Positions 1 to 13,105 of a stretch of 64,000 nt of DNA are shown here, piece by piece (the stretch's first letter is position 1; the number at the start of each line of letters is the position of its first letter). The position numbers and the translations under genes were made by a program. The DNA is taken from contig CM120640.1 of the NCBI GenBank assembly GCA_051362555.1, forward strand, positions 33,127,967-33,191,966, read 5' to 3'. The notes beneath the pieces were generated by a model, which was not told the DNA's origin, searched no databases, and saw nothing but the letters and a program-made list of their open reading frames with translations. Origin of the DNA: Lingula anatina. Its lineage: Eukaryota > Animalia > Brachiopoda.

Positions 1-2580
1 AATTTTTTTTGTAGGAAATTTATGGCACATTATGGTAACTCCAAAATTATAACATTTAGTCCCTTATATCTCCAAAACTGGCAGAGATACGTCCATAGTT
101 ACTATTGAACTTGAATAGGAAGTCATACACTGGCAATCTAAATGTGACCTTAAAATTGACCTTTGACCTACTTTTCACCATGAACTGAACTTTGCAAATT
201 TTGCTTCCCTTTTATCTCCAAAACTGGCAGAGATAGGTCCATAGTTACTATTGAAGTTGAATAGGAAGTCATATACTGGCAATCTAAATGTGACTGTAAA
301 ATTGACCTTTGACCTACTTTTCACCATGAACTGAACTTTGCAAATTTTGCTTCCCTTTTATCTCCAAAACTGGCAGAGATAGGTCCATAGTTACTATTGA
401 ACTTGAATAGGAAGTCATATACTGGCAATCTAAATGTGACCTTAAAATTGACCTTTGACCTACTTTTCACCATGAACTGAACTTTGCAAATTTTGATTCC
501 CTTTTATCTCCAAAACTGGCAGAGATAGGTCCATAGTTACTATTGAAGTTGAATAGGAAGTCATATACTGGCAATCCAAATGTGACCTTAAAATAGACCT
601 TTGACCTACTTTTCACCAAGAACTGAACTTTGCAAATTTTGCTTCCCTTTTATCTCCAAAGTTACGCTGTATCAAAAAGTCATATTGGTGGTGAAAGCAA
701 AATGTGCAGTACGGTAATGGATAATAAATTTTGAACTCCGGAAAAATAAAACATAAGGCTTGGCAAAGCAGACAACTTGTGGTCAAAAATGACATTTCAT
801 CAAATTTGAACATCTGGAACTTCAGAGCACCTCCCATTTCAAGAATTTTGACCAAAATGACCTTTTCTTTATTTTAATTAATTTTTTCTGTAGGAAATAT
901 ATGGCACATTATGGTAACTCCAAAATTATAACATTTAGTCCCTTATATCTCCAAAACTGGCAGAGATACGTCCATAGTTACTATTGAAGTTGAATAGGAA
1001 GACATATACTGGCAATCTAAATGTGACCTTAAAATTGACCTTTGACCTACTTTTCACCATGAACTGAACTTTGCAAATTTTGCTTCCCTTTTATCTCCAA
1101 AACTGGCAGAGATAGGTCTATAGTCTCTATTGAACTTGAACAGGAAGTCATATACTGGCAATCTACATGTGACCTTAAAATTGACCTTTGACCTACTTTT
1201 CACCATGAACTGAACTTTGCAAATTTTGCTTCCCTTTTATCTCCAAAACTGGCAGAGATAGGTCCATAGTCTCTATTGAAGTTGAATAGGAAGTCATATA
1301 CTGGCAATCTTAAAGTGACCTTAAAATTGACCTTTGACCTACTTTTCACCATGAACTGAACTTTGCAAATTTTGCTTCCCTTTTATCTCCAAAGTTACGC
1401 TGTATCAAAAAGTCATATTGGTGGTGAAAGCAAAATGTGCAGTACGGTAATGGATAATAAATTTTGAACTCCGGAAAAATAAAACATAAGGCTTGGCAAA
1501 GCAGACAACTTGTGGTCAAAAATGACATTTCATCAAATTTGAACATCTGGAACTTCAGAGCACCTCCCATTTCAAGAATTTTGACCAAAATGACCTTTTC
1601 TTTATTTTAATTAATTTTTTCTGTAGGAAATATATGGCACATTATGGTAACTCCAAAATTATAACATTTAGTCCCTTATATCTCCAAAACTGGCAGAGAT
1701 ACGTCCATAGTTACTATTGAAGTTGAATAGGAAGACATATACTGGCAATCTAAATGTGACCTTAAAATTGACCTTTGACCTACTTTTCACCATGAACTGA
1801 ACTTTGCAAATTTTGCTTCCCTTTTATCTCCAAAACTGGCAGAGATAGGTCCATAGTCTCTATTGAACTTGAACAGGAAGTCATATACTGGCAATCTACA
1901 TGTGACCTTAAAATTGACCTTTGACCTACTTTTCACCATGAACTGAACTTTGCAAATTTTGCTTCCCTTTTATCTCCAAAACTGGCAGAGATAGGTCCAT
2001 AGTCTCTATTGAAGTTGAATAGGAAGTCATATACTGGCAATCTTAAAGTGACCTTAAAATTGACCTTTGACCTACTTTTCACCATGAACTGAACTTTGCA
2101 TAGTTTGCTTCCCCTTTATCTCCAAAACTGGCAGAGATAGGTCCATAGTTACTATTGAACGTGAATAGGAAGTCATATACTGGCAATCTAAGTGTGACCT
2201 TGAAATTGACCTTTGACCTACTTATTATCATGAACTGAACTCTGCTAATTTCTTTCTCTTTTAACTCTAAACCTGGCAGAGATAGGCCCATAGTTACTAT
2301 TGAAGTTGAATAGGAAGTCATATTCTGGCAATTTACTGTGACCTTGGAATTGACCTTTGACCTACCTTGCGATGAACTTAACTTTGATTGTACCATTTTT
2401 AGTAATATATATATTTTTTGCATATTTTGAAAATTCTTGTTGATTGCATTTTTACAGCTTGTCAAGCACAAGACTGGTGGCTGTGTTCCTTATTTTGTAT
2501 ATGTGGGGGTCTATATGAATGCGCTTGCTCCAGCTGGTGGTACAATATTCGGAGGCGGTATCGCCTCTCTGATCCTCTAG
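1..2580 (+). mobile_element. Non-autonomous Helitron-type element with internal tandem array (146-bp monomers in 733/879-bp higher-order units); 5' part outside the window
   Basis: Motif gaactgaact recurs at 182, 328, 474, 620 / 1061, 1207, 1353 / 1794, 1940, 2086, 2232 (146-bp period). A ~295-bp spacer also recurs (tatggcaca at 21, 900, 1633). The 3' terminus has hairpin GAGGCG-gtat-CGCCTC (2552-2567) followed by CTAG|T at 2577-2581, typical of Helitron 3' ends. Lies in an IQCH intron. Confidence 0.8.
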
Positions 2581-2644
2581 TTAGTGGACCTACTATTTTT
2601 AATGGGTATAAAAACTGATATGAAATTGATAAAAGTCCAATTAC

Positions 2645-5600
2645 CTGTGCCCATTTCTTCGACCACTTGTCTCCATATCTCTTGGCCTCCTTCAAAGCCC
2701 ACTGGTGACTCTCCAAGTAAGTGGTAACACTGCAGTATGCTATTCCTCTGCCGTCAAATTCATCATCGATTTTCAACACCCAGGTCTTGACTTCAAGGTT
2801 GTCTGTGACTAGTTGAGCAAGACTTTCATGAAGCTGCAAAAAAGGGACAGCAAGTCTTCAAGTTAAACTGTAAACTTTTAGTCAATTTAATAGTTTTACC
2901 GAAAACATCCAAAAATGTCAGTTCTATAACACATGTTATATTTTTTCAATAGGTTGTTAAGCAATCTAGTTGTTTAGGGACTTGAGTTAGCCTTTTTCCA
3001 CTCTAAGTTAGTCAAGTGAATGTGTCTTCAAGCTTTTTATAAACCCATAAAATTTCTTTATGCATAACTGATTACCATACTTTTGTCAATGCCATAGTTT
3101 AGAGCTTTTATCAATTATTCAGATTACCTTTTAGATTGCAAAGTTAATTAGTTCAAGTAAAACCTTAATATTGGGATAGGCATAAATGAAAGTGGTCTTT
3201 AGACCAATTATCAATCAACATATCTGTCAACAATCTCGCCAATGAATCTCATGTTACTTGGGATGGAGAGGAAAATAAAAGAAAATGTACCTGTGGCAGG
3301 CTGTACACATCAAACTCTGATGGCGGAATGGCTACATTAGCACTTTGGAAGATTCTCTTAGCACCCGATTTAGATGTGTAGAGATGCGCTATCTCTGGCT
3401 CTGTACACAACAGGGGGATGTTCAGGATATGAGCAACTGACAGGTCATCCTTGTGTGGCATCCCTGGAACAATGTAAGCATCTCGGCCACGTATCAGATT
3501 CTTTATCCTCCGTAGAGCTCTAGGGCTGTACTTCAGATGAGTAGCAAGGCACATTCTGTGTGTCTGAAAAAAGGGAGAAAAAAGTGATTAAAAAAATCAT
3601 ATCCTTTGCATATCTTTGAGCTTTATGGAATATTGAAAGTGCTAACATTCTACACCGTATCATATACTCTTTTGGTGTGTTTAATCTGTCTTACAGAACT
3701 GTTTTGATATAATTAAAGCTACTCAATAATAACAATAAATAAATATAATGATAATAATAAAATAATAATAAATAAATAAGCGCAGAGTTAGATAGAATTG
3801 AATTAATGGCTTAGGAAGACAATAGAACAGTTAAAGCTTTACTCACCGGAAAACTCTTAATAGCTTCAGGTACAATGATCTTATATCTGTCTGTCATATC
3901 TCCCTGCTTGTCCACATCTCCACTGTCAATAGCTGACTTGAGCCCTAGCAACTTGGTGTAATACTGGACTGTCTCGTCATTCACAGGCACAGGGGATATG
4001 TAAATCACATCAACATTGGGGTCTGAAATATTCAATTATTGCCATTGTCATAAGTTTTATATTGCTTTTTACATACATGAAATTGACACAAAACTGACTC
4101 ATAAATTCTGCTGTAGTCCTTCCTCTTAGAGTTTTATAGTACTGCTGCCTATATACAGTCCTCCTTTGAGCTAATGAACATACATTGTACAAACTGACCT
4201 CTCTTAAAAAGGGAAATATAAAAATCTATGGTCTATTTGCTATAAAAGCAACTCTTTAATACTCAGGCATCACTTACCTTTCAGGTCACATAATCTTCCC
4301 ATTTGAGCATTTTGACGTATTCCAAAGTCTTTGATACTGTCTCTGATTGGTTGGTTGTAACCAAGGGAAGGAACATGAATGATTACACGTTTGGAATGCT
4401 TCATTCTGTTCCATTGTGTAGATAACAGCTAAAATAGAAACCATAGTTCACTTTTAGTCTATTTTTTTTCAAAGTTCTAATTATATAAATACATACATGG
4501 ATAAAAAAAGGGTAAGTATAGGCAATGATAAAGAGCTACCCAGTTTTACCTGAATCAAATACAATATCATTCAATAAATAGTTCTTATAAATTATAACCA
4601 CTGCATTTCATTTGTTTTGAATGGCAAAATTTGCTTTTTTCTCACCTTTGCTCTCTTTCTAAAACCTTCAAGCTCAGCAATTCGTGTTCTCTTCAACTGT
4701 TTTCTGACCTGTGACATTTTGACATTCATGACCCATGTAATGGCAATGACTCCTGATGCCCACTTCAACCTCCTGTATTCAAGGTACTTCCTCCTATCTC
4801 GGAAACGTTTCCATGTAGCTTGGATCTTAGTTGCTGCAGCAAACTCCCCATCAGGGCCTAGATACCTACGGCCCTACAAAAGAAATGTCGAACATGTAGA
4901 CAGAAAAAATATATCATATTGTCCCTTGTATAAAAAAAAAACAACCTTTCTTGAGAACTGCAGATGGTTTACTGTGTTTGTTTTGTTATTTTCAGGGATA
5001 TTGCACAGCTAAGCATAACCTAGTTATAACAATGCCAATTTATTAAGATTTTTATATGCTTATTACTTGGATGAAGCAGTAATACTTACGGGTCTTTTCA
5101 AGATAGATTCCACATCTTCTTTGTTAATGATGACACTCAGCAAGTCATCAAGAGTTGGTTGGGAGTCCAGCTCATACTCCAGAGATAGGTCAGCCAGCCT
5201 GCAGAAGCAGATTAAAGATTAAATGAAAAATAATGACAAAATTAATAAAAAGTGTTGTTTTAATCATTCTTCTGACAAATGGGGCAAAAGACACAAAGAA
5301 GAAAGCAATTTATGAAAGAAATACTTAAATAAGTCAGGCTCACCTTTGATGAACTATGAAAAAATCAAGCAGTCATGTGTCTTTTTTTTTTCACATAAAT
5401 TTTGTAGAAAATTTGAGAGACATTCAATGAATAAGCACAGTACCTGTCTCCATGAATAAATGCCACAGGTACAGCATATTCTGTCAACATCCTTTCGAGG
5501 TGCTTGAACATGGACACAATGGCACCCCAGGACAGACAATAATGCTGCTTGAAGGCAAGAAAATCTGGCGCAGTATCCCTGACTTTGCCATGTTGCATAG

Positions 5601-8600
5601 CAAAACGATAGTTTGATGCTTTGAAGTCACCACTGGCTGGAGTAGTTGGGGGTGGCTGGAACAAAATAAGGAAAATAATTATTTCTTACATTGAAATTTG
5701 CAGTGTCATTACAGTCCAATAGAAGGAAACGCAGAGATATGAACATGAAGACATTTTCCATAAATTAAATCAGGGAGGAGTATAAGCAAAACAGTACAAA
5801 ACTAAATTAAAGCATTACATTTTAAGTGTACAACAAGACTTTATTAAAGCTAAATAAAAGCAACATAACAGTGTACTATGATGAAATGTGCTTCTTTCAC
5901 AAATTTTAGGCAATAATCACAAATGTACAAATTCAGTGAGAGAAATCTTAAGAATATTTTGTGAAAACAAAATTTAAATGGGTTGTGAATGTTGAATTAG
6001 CACACAAACAAAAGTGAACACAACAAGGAATAAAAATGTCTTAAAAAACAAATTTTGCAGCAAAAACATAATTTAGTTAAAACTCAAACAAAATTAGAAT
6101 TTTATGTGTTAATAAAAACATTTCCATAGATACGTAGTATGATAAATGCATATAATTGCTTCTGAATCATTAGATACCATGAGCTACAAATAGAATTTGT
6201 TATACAATCAAACCATAAGTTTTTCTGATGAGTCCAACATACATATACCACAACATATGTAAGTATTTAATAGGTTATAATCAAATTGGCAATGCATGCA
6301 AATGCACCAAGTATCATAGTGCAAGTGCTGCATTATTTCATTATATACTGATCAAAAACTGAGAACAATTAAAATACCAAGTGCAGGTGTGAATCAATGT
6401 TAGGTAAGCAAGGTGCTGCACATAAAGCTAATGGAATAGATTATGTTAGCTGCAATTAGTGTATTATCCATGCTGCTGGTGCTGTTTCTCTGGCTTGTCA
6501 TGCAGTGAAGAATATTATCAAACAGGACAGTAACCAAATACATCAACATCAATCGAAATTGAAAACAAATAATTACAACTTGTCCGATGGGGGTGACTGC
6601 TGTCTGTTCTAAGAGCTCCATAATCACAGCATTGGTTGCGGGACGCTCTGGCTGTGAAGGCAAGGGAGAAGCAAAAAAAAATATATTGAGTGACTGCTCA
6701 ACTGATTGTACTGAAGCATAACGTAATAAAATGACTAATGCAACAGATGACTGGCAAAGCAGGTAAAAAAAAGAATACAATGCAAACTAAGGAGTGGATA
6801 TATAACATACTGCAAATTATAGAATAACACATTGGGTGTAGAATTAATCAAAGAAGACAGTGGATGAAAAGATTCAAATCTTCTGGACAATTCATGTTCA
6901 TGCATCAACACTGTTGTTGAATTGGCCAATTAAGAATCAGGATGCACGCAGCATGATTTGCTGTATGACTAAAGACCTTGATCCGCATGCAAAAGAGAGG
7001 GTGAAAATATGAACTACCTTTCCCTTTATCACAGATTCTCCTGGCGAAGACTGGCAGAGGAAAGTCACATTAGTGTATATACATATGTAAGCATATAATA
7101 AATTGCTACCACTATTTTTAAAAAATCTGTTTTATTCTGTTTTAATTAGGAAAAAAAAAGCTCAACTAGACTAATTCCTCTGAAAGATAAAACCTATCAA
7201 AATTCTATTTATGAAATATAAAACAGTGGTGAAGGGTATAATATTTTTAATTGTATTAAAATAACTTGAAGCAGTAATGGAAATATTCTAGTTACCATGG
7301 GTTGTAAAGGCATTTCAAACTTCTTTGCCATGACTGGAGTTTTTGATGGTTGCTCTGCACCTTTCCTATGTTTCCCATGTGTAGGTGGAGAGGGTCTGAT
7401 GCCACGAACCACTGATGACACAGTGCTCTCTGTTGCTTTGAAGTTTGTGTCCAACTTTATACTGGCAAGGTTAAAGCTTCCATCTTGTGGAGAAGAAGAT
7501 AATTTAATATGTCAACTTTTTTTATAATTAATTCTCTAACAGTTTTTTACGAGTGCATTTAGTTCAATAAAATAATTTATATGTCTAATAATTATAACTA
7601 GACTATAAGTTACAATCACATATCAGAGACAATAGAGGAGCTCTTTGGACGAAAAACAAAAATGTCAGAGTATCTGCATGATCTTTTTTTTCACTCACCA
7701 CTCATTGGAGAGGGTTTTGCCTTTTCTCCAGATTTTTCCATAGGGTCATGCAGTGGTGCCATCCTGTGGTGGACTGGTGAGGGGTCAAGGGTCAACTCTG
7801 CTGCAGGAGGAATGAGGCCCCTCTCTATCAGACTTAAAATACCATGCTTGGCATCATCCTCAGATATAGCTGGTGGGATCAACTGAAAAAAAAAAAGAAT
7901 AATAATAATAATATAATAAAAAGACAATTGATAACATTGCTTGTCCAAGCTGTTTTTTAACCCCACTGATAGTTGCAGCTTCTCTCTTTTTACCTTGAAG
8001 TTAACCCTAGATAGTAGTCCTTTTGTTGATTTAACACACAGAAATCAATGTATTAATCTGTGGATCTATAAAATCATGTTCAATCATGATAACAGTAATG
8101 AAAATAATGTGCCAAAGACACATAAAATGATCTTACCTGTGGATCTACTCTGTTAGCTTTGGGGAGGACTGTAAGGTGTTCCACTGTGTTTCCCTTTACA
8201 ATTTTTGCACTGGATGGCTAAAATTCACATGACAAATTTGTCAAACTGATAAAATAAATGTAAATTCACAGGAAACTGACAGGGTGAAATACCTATTCAG
8301 CTACAGCTACAAATGTCTCTTATGCCCTACAAATGCTTTACCCCATGCCCAAATCATTAAAAAAATAATGTAACAATTTCATAATTAAAATATAATAAGA
8401 CCTGATCGATTTTATTGAAAAATGGACTCACTGTTGCAGATTTCCTGTCCTCCAGCTGTGGCAACTGTACACCAAAGTTGTCCTGCATCACTGTTCTGTT
8501 CTGAGGGTTGTGAGGGTTCTGGGCAACTCTCATGCTCCAGACTTGTTTCAGCTGAAGACAAACAATGGTATAAAGTATTTATACTCTTACTTTGGTCTTG

Positions 8601-11600
8601 TTTTTCTGTTTTGTTTTGTTTCATTTTATTTTTTATTTTTTTATTTTTTTATTATTACATACATTAACATTACTATGATAATTTTCATTATTATTAAAGA
8701 AAGAAAGAAAGAAAAAAAGAAATATTACAGCATATCTGAAAGAGAAATTGGAGGGACAAAATTAATACAAAATATACCAGTACCTTCTGACCAGGTGTAG
8801 CTCCAGTTAATTGGTATCTTGGTGTCTTTCTCCCCAGGGTTAGGACAGGCTGTGTATCCATGCCCCTATATAAAGGGTAGCAAATAAATGCAGTCAATTA
8901 AGGACCATTTGTCACATAATAATTCTTTAATCTGATCAGAGACAATCAACAGATAGATTAAGATCAACTTATCAATTTATTATGAGAATTATAGATAAAG
9001 GTTACAGAGTTTGTAATATATATTTCAATGTTTTATGAGTTAATATCTGTTTAGTATAGTATACATATAATTTTCTTTCAAATCCATTTCCAAAAAATGC
9101 ATCAAAGACAAAAATGGGTTCCATAAAAAAAAGCTGTCTGCAATATGTTGTAACATCAATAAACAAGAAACTCCAAAGCACATATACAGCATTCTAGCTA
9201 CTACGCATGAGTCTGCATGTCTTAAAATATTAATAAGCAGCCATTTATATCAAACTTCACATAAACTGTTTACATTTTTTCTGGAAATATTAATTAAAAG
9301 CTGATGACATTCAAACTTAGGATCAACAATCCCTTTAAAATACTACAAAGGTGACTATCATGAACAAGAAATGGATATCTATTTATAGGAAGATCAACAG
9401 ATATCACTATCTCTAAGCAATCACGATTTGGGAAAGACAATAGCAAAACAACACTGAAGGGGGGCAGGCAGATTATGCACATAAGAAATTACCCATGGAT
9501 TGGCAGGAGTGGAAAACTAGATATGAATAAAAAGGAATAATATATGAGGGTATATATCTGGGTATAAAAGGATATAACAGTGTGGTAGAGCAGAGAGTAC
9601 AGTGTATATCTTAAAGTGCTGTGATAAAATATTTAATATTATGCATAATTTACTTATAACCAGTAATGAAAAGTAACTTTTGAAATAAAAAATGTATACA
9701 TTTAAAAAAAAATTAGATCTTAAATATATATTTAAAAAAACTAGCAACATGTTGTCTACTGATGCGATGCAAAGCAATAAACAATTACCTGAGTAGTTCG
9801 CTAAGAAAAATAAAAACAACAAACAATGTCAACGACTAAATCCAAGGATTACTGTATTACAAGTACACTAGTAATCAATTGCCTTTGTAAAGCAAATTAC
9901 ATATCAGCTACATGTTGCCATCAAAATCTTCAACCAACGACTCTACTTCCACATCATCCACAGCAAAACACTTCTATTTGAGCTAAAAACCCACACTATT
10001 ATTTTCCAATTTTCAAAACTAAAAAAAAAACAGAAGTGTTTAAAAAATACCTTGTTTCTATCAAGGTCCTGCTGCCGGGTCTCCTGATCTCGTCTCCTCT
10101 CTGAAGGTCCCATGTTGACTCTACAACAGGCCCTGTGTAAGATTGTTCCCTCTGTTGCAGTTGTGCCTCTAAAGATGGTAGAGTGGAAAACTGCTGGTTG
10201 ATCTCTCCAACTACCTGCTCTGACCTCGCCTAAAAAGTAAAGAAAAAATTAAGTTATATTTCATTGCTTCAATCATTATCGTTTTGATACTTTGTAATTT
10301 TTCAAACTGTAAACTTTTAAAGGTGCTATTCAGGATTTTTGTGCCAAATCAAATTTTCCTTGAGAAAAATAACAATTTTTTTCCGACCATTGCAAAGACC
10401 CTTGCCTGTACTTTGATGAGATATTTTCCACCATTTCTAATCAAATAACTTATTTCTTGGCAAATCAAAAGTTATTTGGACCATCATTAATCTTCCTGAC
10501 ATTCCAAAAGGAAATAACATATTGAGGTAATTTTATCTTTGGGGCTTTATTGCTTTTCGAATCTGAATGGGGAAAGCTTGGCAAGATATCTAAGTTAAAA
10601 ATTTTGAAATACATATTTCTATTTAGCTCATTCTCTGTCTGGCTTTTTGTTCTATTCATTTATTAACTTAATAAAATTAAATATAAAAGCAAGTGTTTTA
10701 TATTAATAAAATTGTATATGTGGGAACAGGGTGATGAAAAAATCGATCAAATTTACTGTGGCTGAATGTTTTGTGCTAAAAGCTCCTCTCAGTGATATGT
10801 TTAACACATGACTGCACTGCACCAACACTCATATAAGACTTGTGTAAAAGAACTATCGATCATTTAAAGCAGTCAAAGCACTGAATAACAGAACCTATTA
10901 CCTGTACAAAGTGAAATGGTTCACAATGCAAACATGTGTCTTACTGACTACATATTTACTTGTAAAATCAATATCCTTCAATAAGTAATCTGAATCTTAT
11001 TTTCGTTATACTTATTCTGTTTATCGATACTCACGAGGAAGGTTACATTATTCCCACACATTCTTACTGTACAGGAACCTAAGCTTAGCTTCTTTTACAT
11101 GTATCAACGGAGTAAAAGCAAGACCAACTTGTAGATTTGGAGTTATCTTACAGCAAAGCAAAAATGCAACAATCTTGACACTTTGATTATCAAAACATAT
11201 ACCTGCCCCAGTACAAGAAATGGGTCTTTAAATTTCCAGTCGCAGACTTATTTTAGCATTAAAAAATATATATTACATTTGAATCAAACATTTTTACAAA
11301 AATATGCTTTTCCGTTTACTAAAATTATTTTAAGTGCTTTTACACTTGTTTAACCAAAGAAAATGAGCTTAATGCCTAAAAATGCTTAAAATTATTTTAT
11401 GAGGCCTTATAATATTATTACAATTTTAGTCCAAGGTTCAACTACCAAATGAATATCACATGCAGTGGTGCAACATACATGTACATGTACTGGTACTGGT
11501 ACTGGTACCTTTAAAATCTTGATGAAGTTGATGTACTGTATACAATTTTGATACTTACCTTTAAATCATGTTCAGTTTTGTTGATAGCATTCTCTAGAGC

Positions 11601-12756
11601 TGTCAAATCAATAGTCCCATTTTGAGCTTGGGTGAGCAATTTGTGCTTCAACTGGTGAAGGTCTTCTTGAACCTACATGTACATTTAAATAATATTTTTG
11701 AGATAATTAATTGTGATTGTTGGTCAAACATTACAATGAAAGTATTTATCACTAATAGTACTGTTTAATTTCAATGTTATTTTTATTTTCATATATGTGT
11801 GTGAGTTGCAACGCTGACACAGTATTTTGATAGTCGTTCAATGTATTAGAACCACCCTATTTTTTCGGTACTTTTGTAGTATACCCCCCCCCACCCTGTA
11901 ACTTTCTGTAACTTTCACTTTTCAAACAGTTTTTTACATTTTCTTGTTCATCTATGTCAAAGCTGTTGAAATAAAATGCTTTTGTAATTACCTGTGGACT
12001 TTTCATTAGTTTTAATCACGTTTAATCCAGCCCATTGAAATACAATGTTAGAATCTTCAATTTACACCCGCAGTCAATAACTTGCCGCGTTTTCGTTGGC
12101 TAACTCTAAGGTAATTTTATGTGAACAAGTAGCTCATAATAATTTCACAGAGGAAGTCCAAGTATACAATGTATCAATCTTATGTTCACATAAAATAAGT
12201 TAGAGTTAGCCAACGAAAACGCTGCAAGTTATTGACTGCAGATACATTGTAAATTTTCACATTGTATATTTCAATGGGGTGGATTAAACGTGATTAAAAC
12301 TAATAAAAAGACCACAGGTAATTACAAAAACATTTTATTTCAACAGCTTTGACATAGGTGAAAAAGACAAAGTAAAAAAATGTTTGAAAAATGAAAGTTT
12401 CAGGAAGTTACAGGGTGGGGGGGTATACTACAAAAGTACCATTTTTTCTTATTGTGTAAACAAGCAGTAAAGTCTCTAGATTTATATCCAGTTTATTAGG
12501 GATATAACAACTCTGGTGTGTTCTGTATTATAGTATTGGTAAACCATATCTATAAATACTCACTTCATAACGAAATCAATATTATCAAAAGTTTCATGCG
12601 CTTTGATTTTGAGACAACTCGACCTCTTCGGCAGCAAATCATTTGCCAATTTAATTTTGTCTTGGATTGGGTGCCGTTTTTGTTCTGGAATTAAATCTTA
12701 CTTACCTTCACTAGTATTTGCCCAACTTCTTCTGGGTGGTTATTTACATCTGCCAT
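2645..12756 (-). CDS. IQCH: IQ motif-containing protein H (multi-exon; 3' part lies beyond the left window edge)
   Basis: GT-AG exons in phase. 12706-12756 encodes [17 protein letters not shown] and 11559-11672 encodes [26 protein letters not shown]. Further exons: 10051-10229, ~8784-8865, ~8431-8550, ~8138-8217, ~7697-7883 ([28 protein letters not shown]), ~7294-7486, ~5443-5655, ~5090-5198, ~4646-4873 (IQ motif [15 protein letters not shown]), ~4279-4427, ~3848-4022, ~3291-3562, 2645-2833 ([16 protein letters not shown]). Peptides match my recollection of vertebrate IQCH. Confidence 0.9.
11867..12440. mobile_element. Foldback MITE with ~260-bp inverted arms, GGTAC termini and 8-bp TSD (Merlin-like)
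   Basis: Runs GGTACTTTTGTAGTATACCCCCC...GGGGGGTATACTACAAAAGTACC, with arms complementary over ~260 bp. Flanked by ATTTTTTC at 11859-11866 and 12441-12448. In IQCH intron 1. Confidence 0.85.
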
Positions 12757-13105
12757 AATCGGCATAGCTATATCTGAAAATATTAGACATAAAAAGGGGA
12801 TTCAACTCATAAAACAGTAGCTTATTTCAGTGCTCGCCATAGTTCAATGTAACTCGGCAACTGGCAACAGACATAACAACACGATTTGCAACGTCACGAT
12901 TTTATGTGTAGGTTAGAAGTGAGATTTCAAGATAAGCTAACATATTTACCAATTTATCATTGGATTCATGACCAAAAGAACAGAAAATTGTTTAGATGAG
13001 ACGTTACAAAAGGTGTTGGTTAATACATTACTTCATAACATTAAAAGAAAACAACAACAATGTCTTGTCTTGGCAAAAATACCAGAAGGGGGCAGATAAT
13101 TCGAA
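12757..13105. promoter_or_regulatory. Bidirectional promoter shared by IQCH and AAGAB
   Basis: Only 349 bp separate the two divergent ATGs. The region has local CpGs and RFX-like GGCAAC half sites near 12856-12868 (weak). Confidence 0.7.

Noticed and set aside
613-1588. Identical 80-aa ORFs (613-855, 1346-1588) and a homologue at 59140-59337
   Set aside because: They are chance frames in the repeated spacer of a non-autonomous element. Starts are non-ATG, the third copy is frameshifted, and there is no recognisable domain.
1-2400. Regular repeat array as a possible CRISPR
   Set aside because: Units are contiguous 146-bp tandem monomers without unique spacers, in a eukaryotic context with no cas genes.
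10317-10900. Possible Kolobok-like MITE (ttaaaggtgctattc ... gaataacagaacctatta)
   Set aside because: The termini are too degenerate to establish a TIR or TSD.
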